From Vulcanimicrobiales bacterium (GTDB taxonomy: Bacteria; Vulcanimicrobiota; Vulcanimicrobiia; Vulcanimicrobiales; Vulcanimicrobiaceae), in contig JBBRLI010000008.1 of assembly GCA_038231455.1 (NCBI GenBank), forward strand, positions 32,001-96,000: a DNA stretch of 64,000 nt, given 5' to 3'. The first letter of the stretch is position 1; every line of letters starts with the position of its first letter. The translations under genes and the position numbers were made by a program. Shown piece by piece: positions 10,496 to 20,943 of the stretch. Under the pieces are notes generated by a model. That model did not search any database and was not told the DNA's origin. It worked only from the letters and a program-made list of their open reading frames with translations.

Positions 10496-13279
10496 ATGAT
10501 CGCCCGTCGGTTTCTCATCGCTACGCTCGCTCTGCTTGTGACCGCATCGTCGGTTGCCGTTTCCGCCGCGCCGCCGGCCAAAGCACCGGGGCCCGCAGCG
10601 ACGCCGACGCCGGCAGCGACGATGACTCCGATGCCCCCGACGCCCATGCCTTCGACTCCCGCGGCGTCGCCGTCCGTCGGGCCGACGACGGCGCCCGACC
10701 CGGCAGCGACGCCGGCGAGTCTGCCCGGCGCGACGGGCGTCCCCGCAGCCGCAGCTCTCCGGCTGCCGTTCGTGATTCCGACACCGGGTGCGATCGCGTC
10801 GTACGCGACGTTCGTGCGCGGGACCGAGCGTCAGACGGGCTTGATCGATCTGCTGCGCAAAGACGAAGAGATTTTCTTCGACCTCTCGACCGACGCACTC
10901 GATAAGACGTATATTATCGCGCCGTCGCTCGCATCCGGGGTCGGTCCTGGCGCTTTCGCTGGAAAAATTTACGACCCGCTCGTCGTCACGTTCAAGCGCG
11001 TCGGCAAGCGGATTCTTTGGATTCTCCCCAACCCGCACTTCACCGCCGTCGGCGCTGCCGCGCAAGCATCGCTTGCGATCAGCGTTGCGGACTCCGTCTT
11101 TGCAAGTTCGCCGATTCTCGCTGAGGATCCGGAGAAGAAGCACGTCGTCATCGCGCCGACGCTCTTCCTGAGCGACTTCAACGGCATCGGGGCGGATCTC
11201 GGTCGTGGCACGGCCCCCGCGTCGCCCGCCGGCCTCTTCCTCATCGGTCCGCGTCCGGGTTTCGCGCTCGATGCTTCGCGGTCGTATTACACGACGATCA
11301 AAGCGTTTCCGAACAACGACGAAATTACCGCGCAGCTCACGTTTACCGGACCGCAGAACGCGCTCTCGACCGTTCCCGATGGACGCGGCTTTCCGATCCG
11401 CGTGCACTACAGCATCGTTGAGGTCCCCAAACACGATGCAACCTTCGTCCCGCGCTACTCCGACGATCGCGTCGGCTACTTCGTTACCGCACGCAAGACG
11501 TTCGGCGACGATAATCGCGAGTCGACGTTCGAGCGCTTCATCAACCGCTGGAATTTGCGCAACGGCCCGATCACGTTCTATCTGACGAACGAGATTCCGC
11601 AGCAGTACAAACCGACGATCCGCCGCGCGCTGTTGACCTGGAACGATGCGTTCGCAAAGATCGGGTATCCGAATGCGGTCGAAGTTCGCGATCAGCCGAG
11701 CGATCCGAATTGGGATCCCGACGACGCCCGCTACACGAGCGTCCGCTGGATTACGAGCGAACGCTCCGAGTTCTCGGCCTACTCGCCCTCGATCGTCAAC
11801 CCCGGGACGGGGCAAACGCTACGCGGTGAGATCGTGATCGAAGGCGAGTCGCTGCGCGCGATCAAACGCGGGTTCGTCGAAACGGTCGTCCCAACGCGCG
11901 GCGCGCCTTCCGCTCTCGACGGCGACCCCAGCCGCCTTGCCGCCTGCCGGTTTGCCGATGAGTCGCTCGTCCAAGCGTCGATCGGTATGATGGCGCTCTC
12001 GGCGCGCGGCCGCATCACGCCCGCGCAAAAAGAAAAGTTCGCCGAAGACTGGCTCTACTCGGTCGTGCTTCACGAAGCCGGTCACGTCTTCGGTTTACGT
12101 CACAATTTTCAAGGCAGTTCGGCGTTTACGTACGCCCAGCTCCACGATAAGAACTTCACGCGCAAGAACGGCATCTCGGCCTCGGTCATGGATTACAACC
12201 CCGTGAACCTCGCGCGCTCGAGCGAAACGCAAGCAGACTATTTTCAGACGCGTTTAGGAGCTTATGATTTCTGGGCGATCGAATACGGCTACCGGCAATT
12301 CGAGACCGCCCGCACGTCAGCTGCCGAAGTGCCGTATCTTGCGAAGATCGCCAACCGTTCGACCGAACCCGGCCTCGCGTATGGGACGGATGAAGATGCG
12401 ACGCCGCCCTTTGGAAGCGACCCGCGGATCGTCGCATTCGATCTCTCGAGCGATCCGCTGCGATTTGCCGAAGAACAGTTCGATGTCAACGCCGAGCTCG
12501 CGCGCAAGCTCGACCGCTCCGGACGGACGTACGATCAGGAGCGCGCCGCATTTTTGACGATCCTCAACAACGAAGTCGGCGTCTCCGTGCTCGCGACGCG
12601 CTATATCGGGGGTATTTACACGTCGCGGTCGCATCGCGGCCAGCGCGGCGGAAGTCCGCCGTTCGTTTCGATCCCCCGCGCGCAGCAGAAACGTGCCTTC
12701 GATCTGATCGCACGCAACGTGCTTTCATCGAAAGCGTTTCTGTTCTCGCCGCAGTTGCTCAACGATCTGGGATCGTCGCGTTATCTCCATTGGGATGCGG
12801 CGAACCCGTTTCGCCGTACGGACTTTCCGTACTACGAAGTTGTCGCGCAAATTCAAGACCTCGTGATCGACGACATGTTCTCCGTCCCGTCTTTCCAGCG
12901 GATCGCCGATCAGTCGCTCAAGAGCAAGCCCGGTAGTACGATGTCGCTCGCCGATCTCTTCACCTGGACGCAAACCGCCGTCTTCGACGACATCGCGTCG
13001 GCCGGTCGCACGCCGATCACGCCCTCGCACCGCGAGTTGCAGCGTCGTTATGCGGACTTGCTCATGGAGATCGCCGCACTGCCGGCGGGCTTCATGGCGC
13101 AACTGAGCCTCTCGCACGACACGCAAGAGCTCGCGCGTTACGAAATCGCCGACGCCCAGTCACGGATCGCGCGAACCCTTGCCGGCGGCCCGAGCGACAC
13201 GGCAACACGCGCCCACCTCGCCGATCTGAACGTACGCCTGAGTCGCGCCCTCAACGCGACGATGATCCGCCAGATCTAG
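10496..13279 (+). CDS. Secreted zinc-dependent metzincin metalloprotease (DUF5117/EcxA-like)
   Basis: HEAGHVFGLRHN zinc motif, SVMDY Met-turn, DDRVGYF, Pro/Thr-rich N-terminal linker. Confidence 0.85.
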   Translation: MIARRFLIATLALLVTASSVAVSAAPPAKAPGPAATPTPAATMTPMPPTPMPSTPAASPSVGPTTAPDPAATPASLPGATGVPAAAALRLPFVIPTPGAIASYATFVRGTERQTGLIDLLRKDEEIFFDLSTDALDKTYIIAPSLASGVGPGAFAGKIYDPLVVTFKRVGKRILWILPNPHFTAVGAAAQASLAISVADSVFASSPILAEDPEKKHVVIAPTLFLSDFNGIGADLGRGTAPASPAGLFLIGPRPGFALDASRSYYTTIKAFPNNDEITAQLTFTGPQNALSTVPDGRGFPIRVHYSIVEVPKHDATFVPRYSDDRVGYFVTARKTFGDDNRESTFERFINRWNLRNGPITFYLTNEIPQQYKPTIRRALLTWNDAFAKIGYPNAVEVRDQPSDPNWDPDDARYTSVRWITSERSEFSAYSPSIVNPGTGQTLRGEIVIEGESLRAIKRGFVETVVPTRGAPSALDGDPSRLAACRFADESLVQASIGMMALSARGRITPAQKEKFAEDWLYSVVLHEAGHVFGLRHNFQGSSAFTYAQLHDKNFTRKNGISASVMDYNPVNLARSSETQADYFQTRLGAYDFWAIEYGYRQFETARTSAAEVPYLAKIANRSTEPGLAYGTDEDATPPFGSDPRIVAFDLSSDPLRFAEEQFDVNAELARKLDRSGRTYDQERAAFLTILNNEVGVSVLATRYIGGIYTSRSHRGQRGGSPPFVSIPRAQQKRAFDLIARNVLSSKAFLFSPQLLNDLGSSRYLHWDAANPFRRTDFPYYEVVAQIQDLVIDDMFSVPSFQRIADQSLKSKPGSTMSLADLFTWTQTAVFDDIASAGRTPITPSHRELQRRYADLLMEIAALPAGFMAQLSLSHDTQELARYEIADAQSRIARTLAGGPSDTATRAHLADLNVRLSRALNATMIRQI

Positions 13280-13332
13280 CACGTGTAAGGAAGCCGACGG
13301 CAACTCGGCTCGGTCTCGGCTATGCTTGATGG

Positions 13333-14085
13333 ATGAGCGGCATCGGAGAACTTCTGGTCCAATACGGTACCTTAGCCAAACGCGCCGAAAAGCGCGCCCA
13401 CGGGGGAGCGATCGTGGAAAATAAGGTCTGGTATCTCAAGCAAAATCGACTTTTTGCGGACGCAAGCGATGCGGGCATCGAAAATTGCGCGCATCTCTTC
13501 ACGATGCGGGTCGTGCCCAAGAAGACCATGATCTTTGATCAGGGCGATTCGGGGCGCGTCGTGTTTCTCGTGAAAACCGGCACGGTGAAGATCGCGCGCC
13601 TCACGCCCGAAGGCCGCGAAGTGACCGTTGCGATTCTCGGCGGCGGCGACATTTTCGGCGAAGAGACCCTCTTCGATGGCGCCGCGCGAACGACGGTTGC
13701 CGTAACCATGGAAGATGCGCTCGTCTGCACGGCGCGCGCCGACGATCTTTTCAGCTTGCTGGCCCGCAGTCCGCAACTGGCGCTCAACGTCGCGAAGATC
13801 CTGAGCGAGCGGCTCGGCGACGCCTCGGCGACGATGGAAGACCTCGCCTACGCCAAGATCCCCGACCGACTCATGCATCTCTTCCGGCGCCTGGCCGTCG
13901 AACACGGCAATGCGAGTGACGAGGGTGTAACGATCGACGTTCGCCTCACGCATGCGGATATCGCCTCGTTGATCGGGAGTACGCGCGAGACCGTCTCGCT
14001 CGAACTCTCGAACCTGGTGCGCGCCGGGCGGCTACGCCTGTCGGGTAAATCGTTCGTTTTGCCGCGCGAAGAGTTGACCGCCTAA
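13333..14085 (+). CDS. Crp/Fnr family transcriptional regulator
   Basis: cNMP-binding fold (GDIFGE..RT) and HTH THADIASLIGSTRETVS. True start may be GTG 13414. Confidence 0.9.
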   Translation: MSGIGELLVQYGTLAKRAEKRAHGGAIVENKVWYLKQNRLFADASDAGIENCAHLFTMRVVPKKTMIFDQGDSGRVVFLVKTGTVKIARLTPEGREVTVAILGGGDIFGEETLFDGAARTTVAVTMEDALVCTARADDLFSLLARSPQLALNVAKILSERLGDASATMEDLAYAKIPDRLMHLFRRLAVEHGNASDEGVTIDVRLTHADIASLIGSTRETVSLELSNLVRAGRLRLSGKSFVLPREELTA

Positions 14086-14139
14086 CCCGGAACCATCGCA
14101 AGCACGAGTCCCGTCAAAGGCTCGCTAGCGAAAGGTACC

Positions 14140-15375
14140 ATGTCCACTCCCACCGCTCGGACGCTCGCGGCCACCAGCCACGCAGGCCTCACGTCGCGTC
14201 TTGAAACCTATCTTGACCCCGTCGCTGCCGCTCGGCTTGCGGATGCCGCCGACGTACGCGTGCTCGCGCTCGACGACTGCGCGGCGATCGCGGGCGAACT
14301 TCTCGCCGCACTCGCAAGGCTTGGAGCCGTCGCCGAACGGCGAGGCGCGCGTATCATCGTCGGCGCAACGCACGCCACGCTGCAAGCGTGCGAAACCGCA
14401 ACGACGGGAGCAATTCGCGACGCGGTTCGCGCTCTGCGCGAAGCGCACGAACGTTCCAGCGATCCGGCACCCATGGTGCGGCTGCGCGACCGCGTGCTCG
14501 ACCTGCGGGATGAGGCGCTCGTGATGGGCGTCCTCAACGTCACACCGGATTCGTTTTACGACAACGGCCGCTTTGCGGGCGTCGACCGCGCGCGCGCCCG
14601 TGCCGCAGAGATGGTCGCGCAAGGCGCAGCGCTCATCGACATCGGCGGTCAGAGTTACGCGCACTGGAATCCGCGCATCGCCGCCGATGAAGAGATGCGC
14701 CGCGTGGTCCCGGTTGTCGAGGCGCTCATCGCCGACGGCCTCGATGTCGCACTTTCGATCGACACGTTCAAGGCATCCGTCGCCGATGCCGCGCTTGCGG
14801 CGGGCGCACACCTTATCAATGATTGTAGCGGTCTCTCGGATCCCGATCTTGCCGCGACCGTCGCGCGCTACGATGCGGCGCTCGTCGTCATGCATCTCAA
14901 AGGCGAACTCAACGTGCGTTCGACGGGCGATTATGTCTATGAGGATGCGCTCGCCGAGATCCTCGAATTTCTCGACGAACGATTGCATCGTGCCCGCTCC
15001 GCCGGCGTTGCGGCCGATTCGCTGATCGTCGATCCGGGGCTTGAATTCGGCAAAGAACCCGCCACGGATTTGGAAATTTTGGACCGCTTCGGCGAATTGC
15101 GGGCGCTCGGCGTGCCGATTCTTTTTGCCAGTTCGCGCAAGAGTTTCATCGGCCGCATTTTCAATCGTCCGGCACGCGAGTTGCTCGTCCCCTCGCTTGC
15201 GACAGCCGGTCTTGGGATTGCCGCCGGCGCACGGATGCTGCGCGTTCACGACGTCGCCGAAACCGTGCAACTCGCAAAGATGTATGCCGCCGTCGAACCA
15301 CGTCGCCGCGCCAATTTGGCCGTCGCCGCCGAGATGCCGGAGGCAGGCAACCGAAAAGCCGCACCGGCGGTCTAA
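14140..15375 (+). CDS. folP: Dihydropteroate synthase with N-terminal extension
   Basis: MGVLNVTPDSF, IDIGG, SIDT, DPGLEFGK, SRKSFI, RVHDV. Confidence 0.92.
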   Translation: MSTPTARTLAATSHAGLTSRLETYLDPVAAARLADAADVRVLALDDCAAIAGELLAALARLGAVAERRGARIIVGATHATLQACETATTGAIRDAVRALREAHERSSDPAPMVRLRDRVLDLRDEALVMGVLNVTPDSFYDNGRFAGVDRARARAAEMVAQGAALIDIGGQSYAHWNPRIAADEEMRRVVPVVEALIADGLDVALSIDTFKASVADAALAAGAHLINDCSGLSDPDLAATVARYDAALVVMHLKGELNVRSTGDYVYEDALAEILEFLDERLHRARSAGVAADSLIVDPGLEFGKEPATDLEILDRFGELRALGVPILFASSRKSFIGRIFNRPARELLVPSLATAGLGIAAGARMLRVHDVAETVQLAKMYAAVEPRRRANLAVAAEMPEAGNRKAAPAV

Positions 15376-15382
15376 GCGCTAT

Positions 15383-16861
15383 ATGCACGTGGTTTATATC
15401 GGCGCGGGCTCCAATCTTGGAGATCGCCAGAGCAATATTCTTCAGGCGCTTCAAAAGCTGCGCAAGGAAGCCCGGATCGAGGCCGTTTCTTCATATTATG
15501 AAACGCCCCCGGTCGGCTCGGTCGGCGGCCCAAACTTCCTCAACGTTGCGGCACGCCTAAGGACCACGCTCGACCCCGAGCAGTTCGAATCGTTCGTGCG
15601 TGGCGTCGAGGTGGCGACGGGACGCCAGCGCTCGCACGATCTGGCCGCGCGTCCGATCGACATCGACATCTTGTATTTCGATGACCGCATCAGTGATTTC
15701 GGTCGTTTCGAAGTGCCGCATCGGTACATCTCGGAGCGTCCGTTCAACTTGGTTCCGCTCGCGGAAATCGCGGCCGACCTCGTCGACCCGCGCCACAAGA
15801 AAACGATCGGCGAACTGGCCGCCGCGCTGCCGCCGCACGGCATCGTCAAGAAAGCTCGCGCGATGCACTTCTTCGCGAATCGTCAAGAAGAAGAACCCGA
15901 TGTGAAGCTTTCGCTCAACCGCGTCGGCGTGTCGTCGGTCAAGCGCATTATCCGCCTCAATATCGATGGCAAAGAGCAGATCTTCAACGGCGAATTCACA
16001 ATGGTCGCCGACTTGCGCCCCGACAAAGCCGGCGTGCACATGTCGCGCTTCTCCGAACTGCTCGAAGAAGCGACGCTCGACGTCCTCTCGCGCACTGATA
16101 AAGCGGGTCGAATCGAAGACCTCGTCGAGCAGATCGCGCACGAGATCGTGGGATCGCAGCGTGCGCTCCGCGCGGATGTGCGCCTGCGCGCCGAATTCGG
16201 ACTCGAACGCTGGACGCCGGTCAGCGGCAAACGTGGCGAGGAAACCTACACCCTCGTCGGGATCGCGCATGCGGACGAAACCGGGACTCGACGCGTAATC
16301 GGCGTCGAAGCCGAAGGCATGACCGCATGCCCGTGTGCGCAGCTCATGGTTCGCGAACACTCGATCCGCGAGCTCGTCGAGGCGGGCTTTAGTGAAACCG
16401 ATGCAACGCGCGCGCTCGATGCGCTTCCGGTCGCGACGCACAATCAGCGCGGCCGCGGATCGGTGCTCATCGGTACCTCGCGCGAACACGATGCGGCGGT
16501 GCGCGCCGAAGATCTCGTCGAGATCGTCGAGAATTCGATGTCGAGCGAAACCTACGATCTGCTCAAGCGCCCCGATGAATTCTTCATCGTCAACAAGGCG
16601 CACCATAATCCGAAATTTGTCGAAGACGTCGTGCGCGGGATCCTCGCGCGTTCGCTCGACGTGTATTCGGATCTGCCGGATGAGACGTTCATCAGCTCGA
16701 CGCAAGTGAACTACGAGTCGATCCACAAGCACGATGCGTTTGCCGAGGCGTTTGGCACGTTCGGTGAATATCGAAACGAGCTGCGCACGGGAACGTACGT
16801 GGAAACGAAGACCGATCTTGCCACATGGCTTGGCACGCGTCCGTCGCCGGTGGTTGCCTGA
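15383..16861 (+). CDS. folK-folE2: FolK (HPPK) - GTP cyclohydrolase IB (FolE2/MptA) fusion
   Basis: N-terminal GSNLGDR, FLN, RPIDIDIL, PH..ISERPFNL; C-terminal GVHMSRF, TACPCA, HNQRG, PKFVED, ESIHKH. Confidence 0.88.
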   Translation: MHVVYIGAGSNLGDRQSNILQALQKLRKEARIEAVSSYYETPPVGSVGGPNFLNVAARLRTTLDPEQFESFVRGVEVATGRQRSHDLAARPIDIDILYFDDRISDFGRFEVPHRYISERPFNLVPLAEIAADLVDPRHKKTIGELAAALPPHGIVKKARAMHFFANRQEEEPDVKLSLNRVGVSSVKRIIRLNIDGKEQIFNGEFTMVADLRPDKAGVHMSRFSELLEEATLDVLSRTDKAGRIEDLVEQIAHEIVGSQRALRADVRLRAEFGLERWTPVSGKRGEETYTLVGIAHADETGTRRVIGVEAEGMTACPCAQLMVREHSIRELVEAGFSETDATRALDALPVATHNQRGRGSVLIGTSREHDAAVRAEDLVEIVENSMSSETYDLLKRPDEFFIVNKAHHNPKFVEDVVRGILARSLDVYSDLPDETFISSTQVNYESIHKHDAFAEAFGTFGEYRNELRTGTYVETKTDLATWLGTRPSPVVA

Positions 16862-18177
16862 TCGAAGTCTGGGCTTCACCCGAGCCGACGGTCGCGCGTG
16901 TTACCGATGCTGCATATCGCGATCAACTGGCGGAGACCGGACACGACGCGCGCATCGAGGATTGCGACCGTCTCGCGGACTTAGGGGTAGCGGCTAGCCG
17001 CTACCCCGTTCTGTGGGAGCGCGTCGCACCGCTCGATCCGCGCGAACGCGATTATACGTGGGCACACGCGCGACTCGCGCGTTTGCGCGCACGCGGCGTC
17101 GAACCGATCCTGACGTTGTTGCACCACGGCTCCGGCCCACTCTACACAAATTTGCTCGATCCGCAGTTCCCTGCGCTCTTCGCGGATTATGCCGAAGCAA
17201 CGTCGCGCGCGTTTCCGTGGGTCAAGCGCTGGACGCCGATCAACGAAGCGCTCACGACCGCACGCTTCTCGACGCTGTACGGGGTGTGGTACCCAAACGC
17301 TCAAGATGACCGCGCTTTCGGAACGGCAATCGTCAATGAAACGCTCGCGACGATTGCTGCGATGGAGCGCATCCGTCGCATCATCCCGGACGCGCAACTC
17401 GTAACGACCGAGGATTTGCAGCGCTTTACGGCCGCCGACGCGGGCGCTCGATCGTTGGTCGACTTTTTACGTGAACGCCGCTGGCTTTCGGTCGAACTCT
17501 TGCAGGGACGGATCGTGCCGGGCCATGCAATGCATGCGTATCTCACCGAGCAGTGCGGCGTCTCGACGAATGAACTGCGCGAACTTGCCGCTCGGGCCAC
17601 CCCGCCGGATCTTGCCGCGTTCAATCACTACCCGCACTCCGAGCGGTATCTCTTCACGCAGACCAGCGGCGAAACGGGTGATGTGCCGGCCGTCTATGTT
17701 GCCGCCGAACCGGCGCTGCGCGTCGAGCCGCTCCTGCGCGAAGCCGCCGCGCGACTCGGTCTGCCGCTTGCCATCGGAGAAGTCCACATCAACGCCTCGG
17801 CGCGCGAACGCGTGCGGTGGCTGGCACAGCATCACGACGATGCGCAAGTGCTCGTCGCGGAGGGGATCGATGTCCGTGCCGTGGGCGTGTGGGCGGCGTT
17901 TGGCATGATCGACTGGCATTCGCTCCTTCGCGCGCGCACCGGTGTGATCGAAGACGGCATTTACACGTTTGCTGCACCGGGTGCTGTTCCGCAGCCAACG
18001 CTCCTCACCGATGCCGTGAAGCAACTTGCAGCTGGTCTTTCGATCGCGGACGACGGGACGCGTGGCTGGTGGGAACGGCCAGAGCGCCTGCGCACGCCCG
18101 AAGAACTCTGCGCCCTGCGAGACCGGGGTGTTCCGGAAGGCGAACACGTGCGGATCGTCGATACGGCTCTGGCATGA
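16825..18177 (+). CDS. Glycoside hydrolase family 1-like protein
   Basis: RYPVLWE, LLHHGSGP, TPINEA acid/base motif, IGEVH nucleophile. Possible CTG start at 16858. Confidence 0.75.
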   Translation: MAWHASVAGGCLIEVWASPEPTVARVTDAAYRDQLAETGHDARIEDCDRLADLGVAASRYPVLWERVAPLDPRERDYTWAHARLARLRARGVEPILTLLHHGSGPLYTNLLDPQFPALFADYAEATSRAFPWVKRWTPINEALTTARFSTLYGVWYPNAQDDRAFGTAIVNETLATIAAMERIRRIIPDAQLVTTEDLQRFTAADAGARSLVDFLRERRWLSVELLQGRIVPGHAMHAYLTEQCGVSTNELRELAARATPPDLAAFNHYPHSERYLFTQTSGETGDVPAVYVAAEPALRVEPLLREAAARLGLPLAIGEVHINASARERVRWLAQHHDDAQVLVAEGIDVRAVGVWAAFGMIDWHSLLRARTGVIEDGIYTFAAPGAVPQPTLLTDAVKQLAAGLSIADDGTRGWWERPERLRTPEELCALRDRGVPEGEHVRIVDTALA

Positions 18178-19241
18178 ATCGTGTTCTGGTCGTGGGTCTT
18201 CATTTGCGATACGACGGCGTCCGCCAACGCCCGCAGCATTTGCTCTCGCGCATCGCCGCACACACGCCGGTGATCGTAATCGAAGAAGTTTTTCCAGCAC
18301 GTGAAGACCGCGATGAGATCCGCGTCGAGGGGAACGTCACGATCGTGCGGCCGCTTCGCGCGCGACCGTACGGGGCGCCGCTAATCGACGCGGCCGGTAT
18401 CGCGACGGTGCGTGCGCTCGTCGGGGATCGCGACCCGATCGTTTGGCTCTATACGCCGATGATGCTCGAGCTTGCCGATGCATTCCCGCGCGCGCGCCTC
18501 GTGTTCGACTGCATGGACGAACTCTCGGCATTCGATTTTGCACCGCCGGAGTTAGTCGAGCGCGAACGGCAGTTGCTCGCGCGCGCCGATGTCGTCTTTA
18601 CCGGCGGACCGTCGCTGTATGAAGCGCGTAAAGCACTCGGTCCGAAGGTGTATTGCTATCCGAGCTGCGTGGAATTCGAACGCTTTGCCAAACGACCGCC
18701 GCCGCATCCGCTCACCGTGGAACTCGCGCGGCCGGTCGTCGGCTACATCGGCGTGATCGACGAGCGAATCGACATCGGATTGATCGCGGCCCTTGCGGAT
18801 AGTGCGCTTGCCCCAAATATTGTGATGGTGGGTCCGATCGTGAAAATCGACCCGGCGATCCTGCCGCGGCGCACGAACGTTCACTACACCGGCCAAATGC
18901 GCTACGAACTCTTGCCGTCGTTTCTCGCCGGTTTCGACGCCGCGCTGATGCCGTTTGCCAAAAATAAGAGCACGCGCTTCATCTCGCCCACCAAGACCCT
19001 CGAATATTTCGCGGCAAGCGTGCCGGTTGCAACGACCTCGATCGTCGATGTCGTTGGGCCGTACGGAGATCTCGTCGATGCCGGTGACGATCCGAGTGGG
19101 TTCGTATCGGCGGTTGAACGGGCGCTCGCTGCCGATCCCGCGCGCACGGCGCGCGCCGCCGTCATGGCAAAGAATCAGAGTTGGGATCGCACCGCCGAGT
19201 CGATGTGGAATGACATCGTCGCGGCTGCCGCAGCGCTATGA
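18174..19241 (+). CDS. Glycosyltransferase (GT-B, family 4-like)
   Basis: QRPQHL, FDCMDELSAF, GYIGVIDER, SPTKTLEY. Confidence 0.85.
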   Translation: MNRVLVVGLHLRYDGVRQRPQHLLSRIAAHTPVIVIEEVFPAREDRDEIRVEGNVTIVRPLRARPYGAPLIDAAGIATVRALVGDRDPIVWLYTPMMLELADAFPRARLVFDCMDELSAFDFAPPELVERERQLLARADVVFTGGPSLYEARKALGPKVYCYPSCVEFERFAKRPPPHPLTVELARPVVGYIGVIDERIDIGLIAALADSALAPNIVMVGPIVKIDPAILPRRTNVHYTGQMRYELLPSFLAGFDAALMPFAKNKSTRFISPTKTLEYFAASVPVATTSIVDVVGPYGDLVDAGDDPSGFVSAVERALAADPARTARAAVMAKNQSWDRTAESMWNDIVAAAAAL

Positions 19242-19933
19242 GCAAAGCCCGCGACCTGCTCGACGTTCCCGCCTTGCTCACGTACTTGCGTGGACTCAAA
19301 CGCAACAACGACCGGGCGTGGTTCACCGAGCACCGCGCGACCTTTGACGAACTGCGCGCGCAGTTTGAAGACTTCGTTACGGCACTCCTGATCGAGTGCA
19401 CGTCCTTCGATGAGTCGCTCGCCTTTGTCGATCCCAAAGCGTGCATCTTCCGGATCTATCGCGACGTGCGCTTCTCCAAAGAGAAGACGCCGTATAAAAC
19501 CCGCTTCGCAGCCTACGTGCCGGGCGGCGGTAAAGTGGGCACCTCGCCTGGTTACTACATCGGAATCGAACCGGGCCGGACGATTCTCGGCGGCGGCATC
19601 TACACGCCCACCAAAGACCACCTCGCGTCGCTTCGCGCGGGCTTCGTGCGCGATGCCCGGCCGTTTAAGAAAATCGTCGATGCCGCGCCGTTTCGCAAAC
19701 GGTTCGAACGCGATTTTGACCCGCTCGTTACGGCGCCGCGCGGGTATGCCAAAGATCATCCCGAGATCGAACTCATTCGCAGTCGCCGTTTTACCGTGCA
19801 CCGCGCCATTGCGGATAAAGAACTTGCGACGCTCGACCTCCTTGCCGAGGCCGTCAAGACGTTTCGCGCGCTCCGACCGTTCGTTGCTTATCTCGAACCC
19901 GCAGCGGAGGATGCGGAGTGGACCGAGGACTGA
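19238..19933 (+). CDS. DUF2461 family protein
   Basis: NNDRAWF, FRIYRDVRFSKEKTPYK, PRGY..DHP. Confidence 0.85.
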   Translation: MSKARDLLDVPALLTYLRGLKRNNDRAWFTEHRATFDELRAQFEDFVTALLIECTSFDESLAFVDPKACIFRIYRDVRFSKEKTPYKTRFAAYVPGGGKVGTSPGYYIGIEPGRTILGGGIYTPTKDHLASLRAGFVRDARPFKKIVDAAPFRKRFERDFDPLVTAPRGYAKDHPEIELIRSRRFTVHRAIADKELATLDLLAEAVKTFRALRPFVAYLEPAAEDAEWTED

Positions 19934-19965
19934 GGCCGACCGCACCGTAAGGATGCGCTCGCCGC

Positions 19966-20790
19966 TTGCCGATAGTCTTTAGTAAGGAGACTATCGTGAC
20001 GATCGGGACGGATCTGCATCGCCACCGGCCCTTTAAGAGCGGTCTTGTTGCCTCTTGTCTTGTCGTTCTCACCATTGCGAGGCTGACCGCTCAGATGCGG
20101 GCCGCCGACGCCCGCGGTCAAGCTGTTAGTGCGATCCAAAGTCGTGTCGTGGATCACGTTCGGTTGCGGATGATCGTCATCGACTTGAACGATCCGCGCG
20201 TGCGGGTCGGTGTCGAAATCGCGTGCGGCTTCCCGCACCGCAGCGAAGAGTTTCTCTCGATGGTCCGCCGCGTCCAGCCGGTGGTCGCGGTCAACGGCAA
20301 TTTTTTCTCCGAGACAACGAACGTCCCGGTCGGTGACATCGTGATCGAGGGCCACAAAATTCACGAAGGCAACTTCGGCACAGCACTTGCGATCACGCGC
20401 GATAACGAAGTTTCGATCGTGCGCGTGTGGCGGGATCGAAAATACGACTGGACGGGCTACGAAACGGTGCTCGCCTGCGGCCCGGCGCTCGTGCTCAACC
20501 GGCGCATCGATGTCGATCCGCGAGCCGAGCATTTCCACGATCCGCACATCTTGCGCTCGACCCGGCGGCTCGGCGTTGCGATGTTGCTCGGGCACCGGCT
20601 CGCGCTGGTTACCACGAGCACGCCCGTTACGTTCCAGAAATTTGCACGCGTCATGTACGATCTGGGTGCAACGGATGCGATGAACCTCGATGCCGGTGCA
20701 TCGCTTGCAATGTTCTACAAAGGCAAGACCGTCATCAAGCCGCACCGCAAGATCGCCGACATCCTCACCGTCCGCGTTGACGGTGAGTAG
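19966..20790 (+). CDS. Phosphodiester glycosidase (NAGPA) family protein
   Basis: AVNGNFF, GPALV, AMNLDAGAS. Start uncertain. Confidence 0.75.
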   Translation: MPIVFSKETIVTIGTDLHRHRPFKSGLVASCLVVLTIARLTAQMRAADARGQAVSAIQSRVVDHVRLRMIVIDLNDPRVRVGVEIACGFPHRSEEFLSMVRRVQPVVAVNGNFFSETTNVPVGDIVIEGHKIHEGNFGTALAITRDNEVSIVRVWRDRKYDWTGYETVLACGPALVLNRRIDVDPRAEHFHDPHILRSTRRLGVAMLLGHRLALVTTSTPVTFQKFARVMYDLGATDAMNLDAGASLAMFYKGKTVIKPHRKIADILTVRVDGE

Positions 20791-20943
20791 GCTTTCGATC
20801 GGCAAGCCGTCGCTTGGAAATCGCACGCTACGTGTGAAGACGCGGGAACCGGTGTTCACGAGACCTTCACGCCATTGATTTAGCATGCTGCGGGAGGCCG
20901 AAGTTGGCATTCGCAGCACTCGCTGCGATCCTAGAGCACAGAT

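Noticed and set aside
10560-10760. Tandem DNA repeat or CRISPR
   Set aside because: Low-complexity Pro/Thr/Ala coding linker with no repeat-spacer structure
9476-11815. 779-aa minus-strand ORF and similar long Arg-rich ORFs
   Set aside because: Antisense shadows of motif-bearing genes in GC-rich DNA
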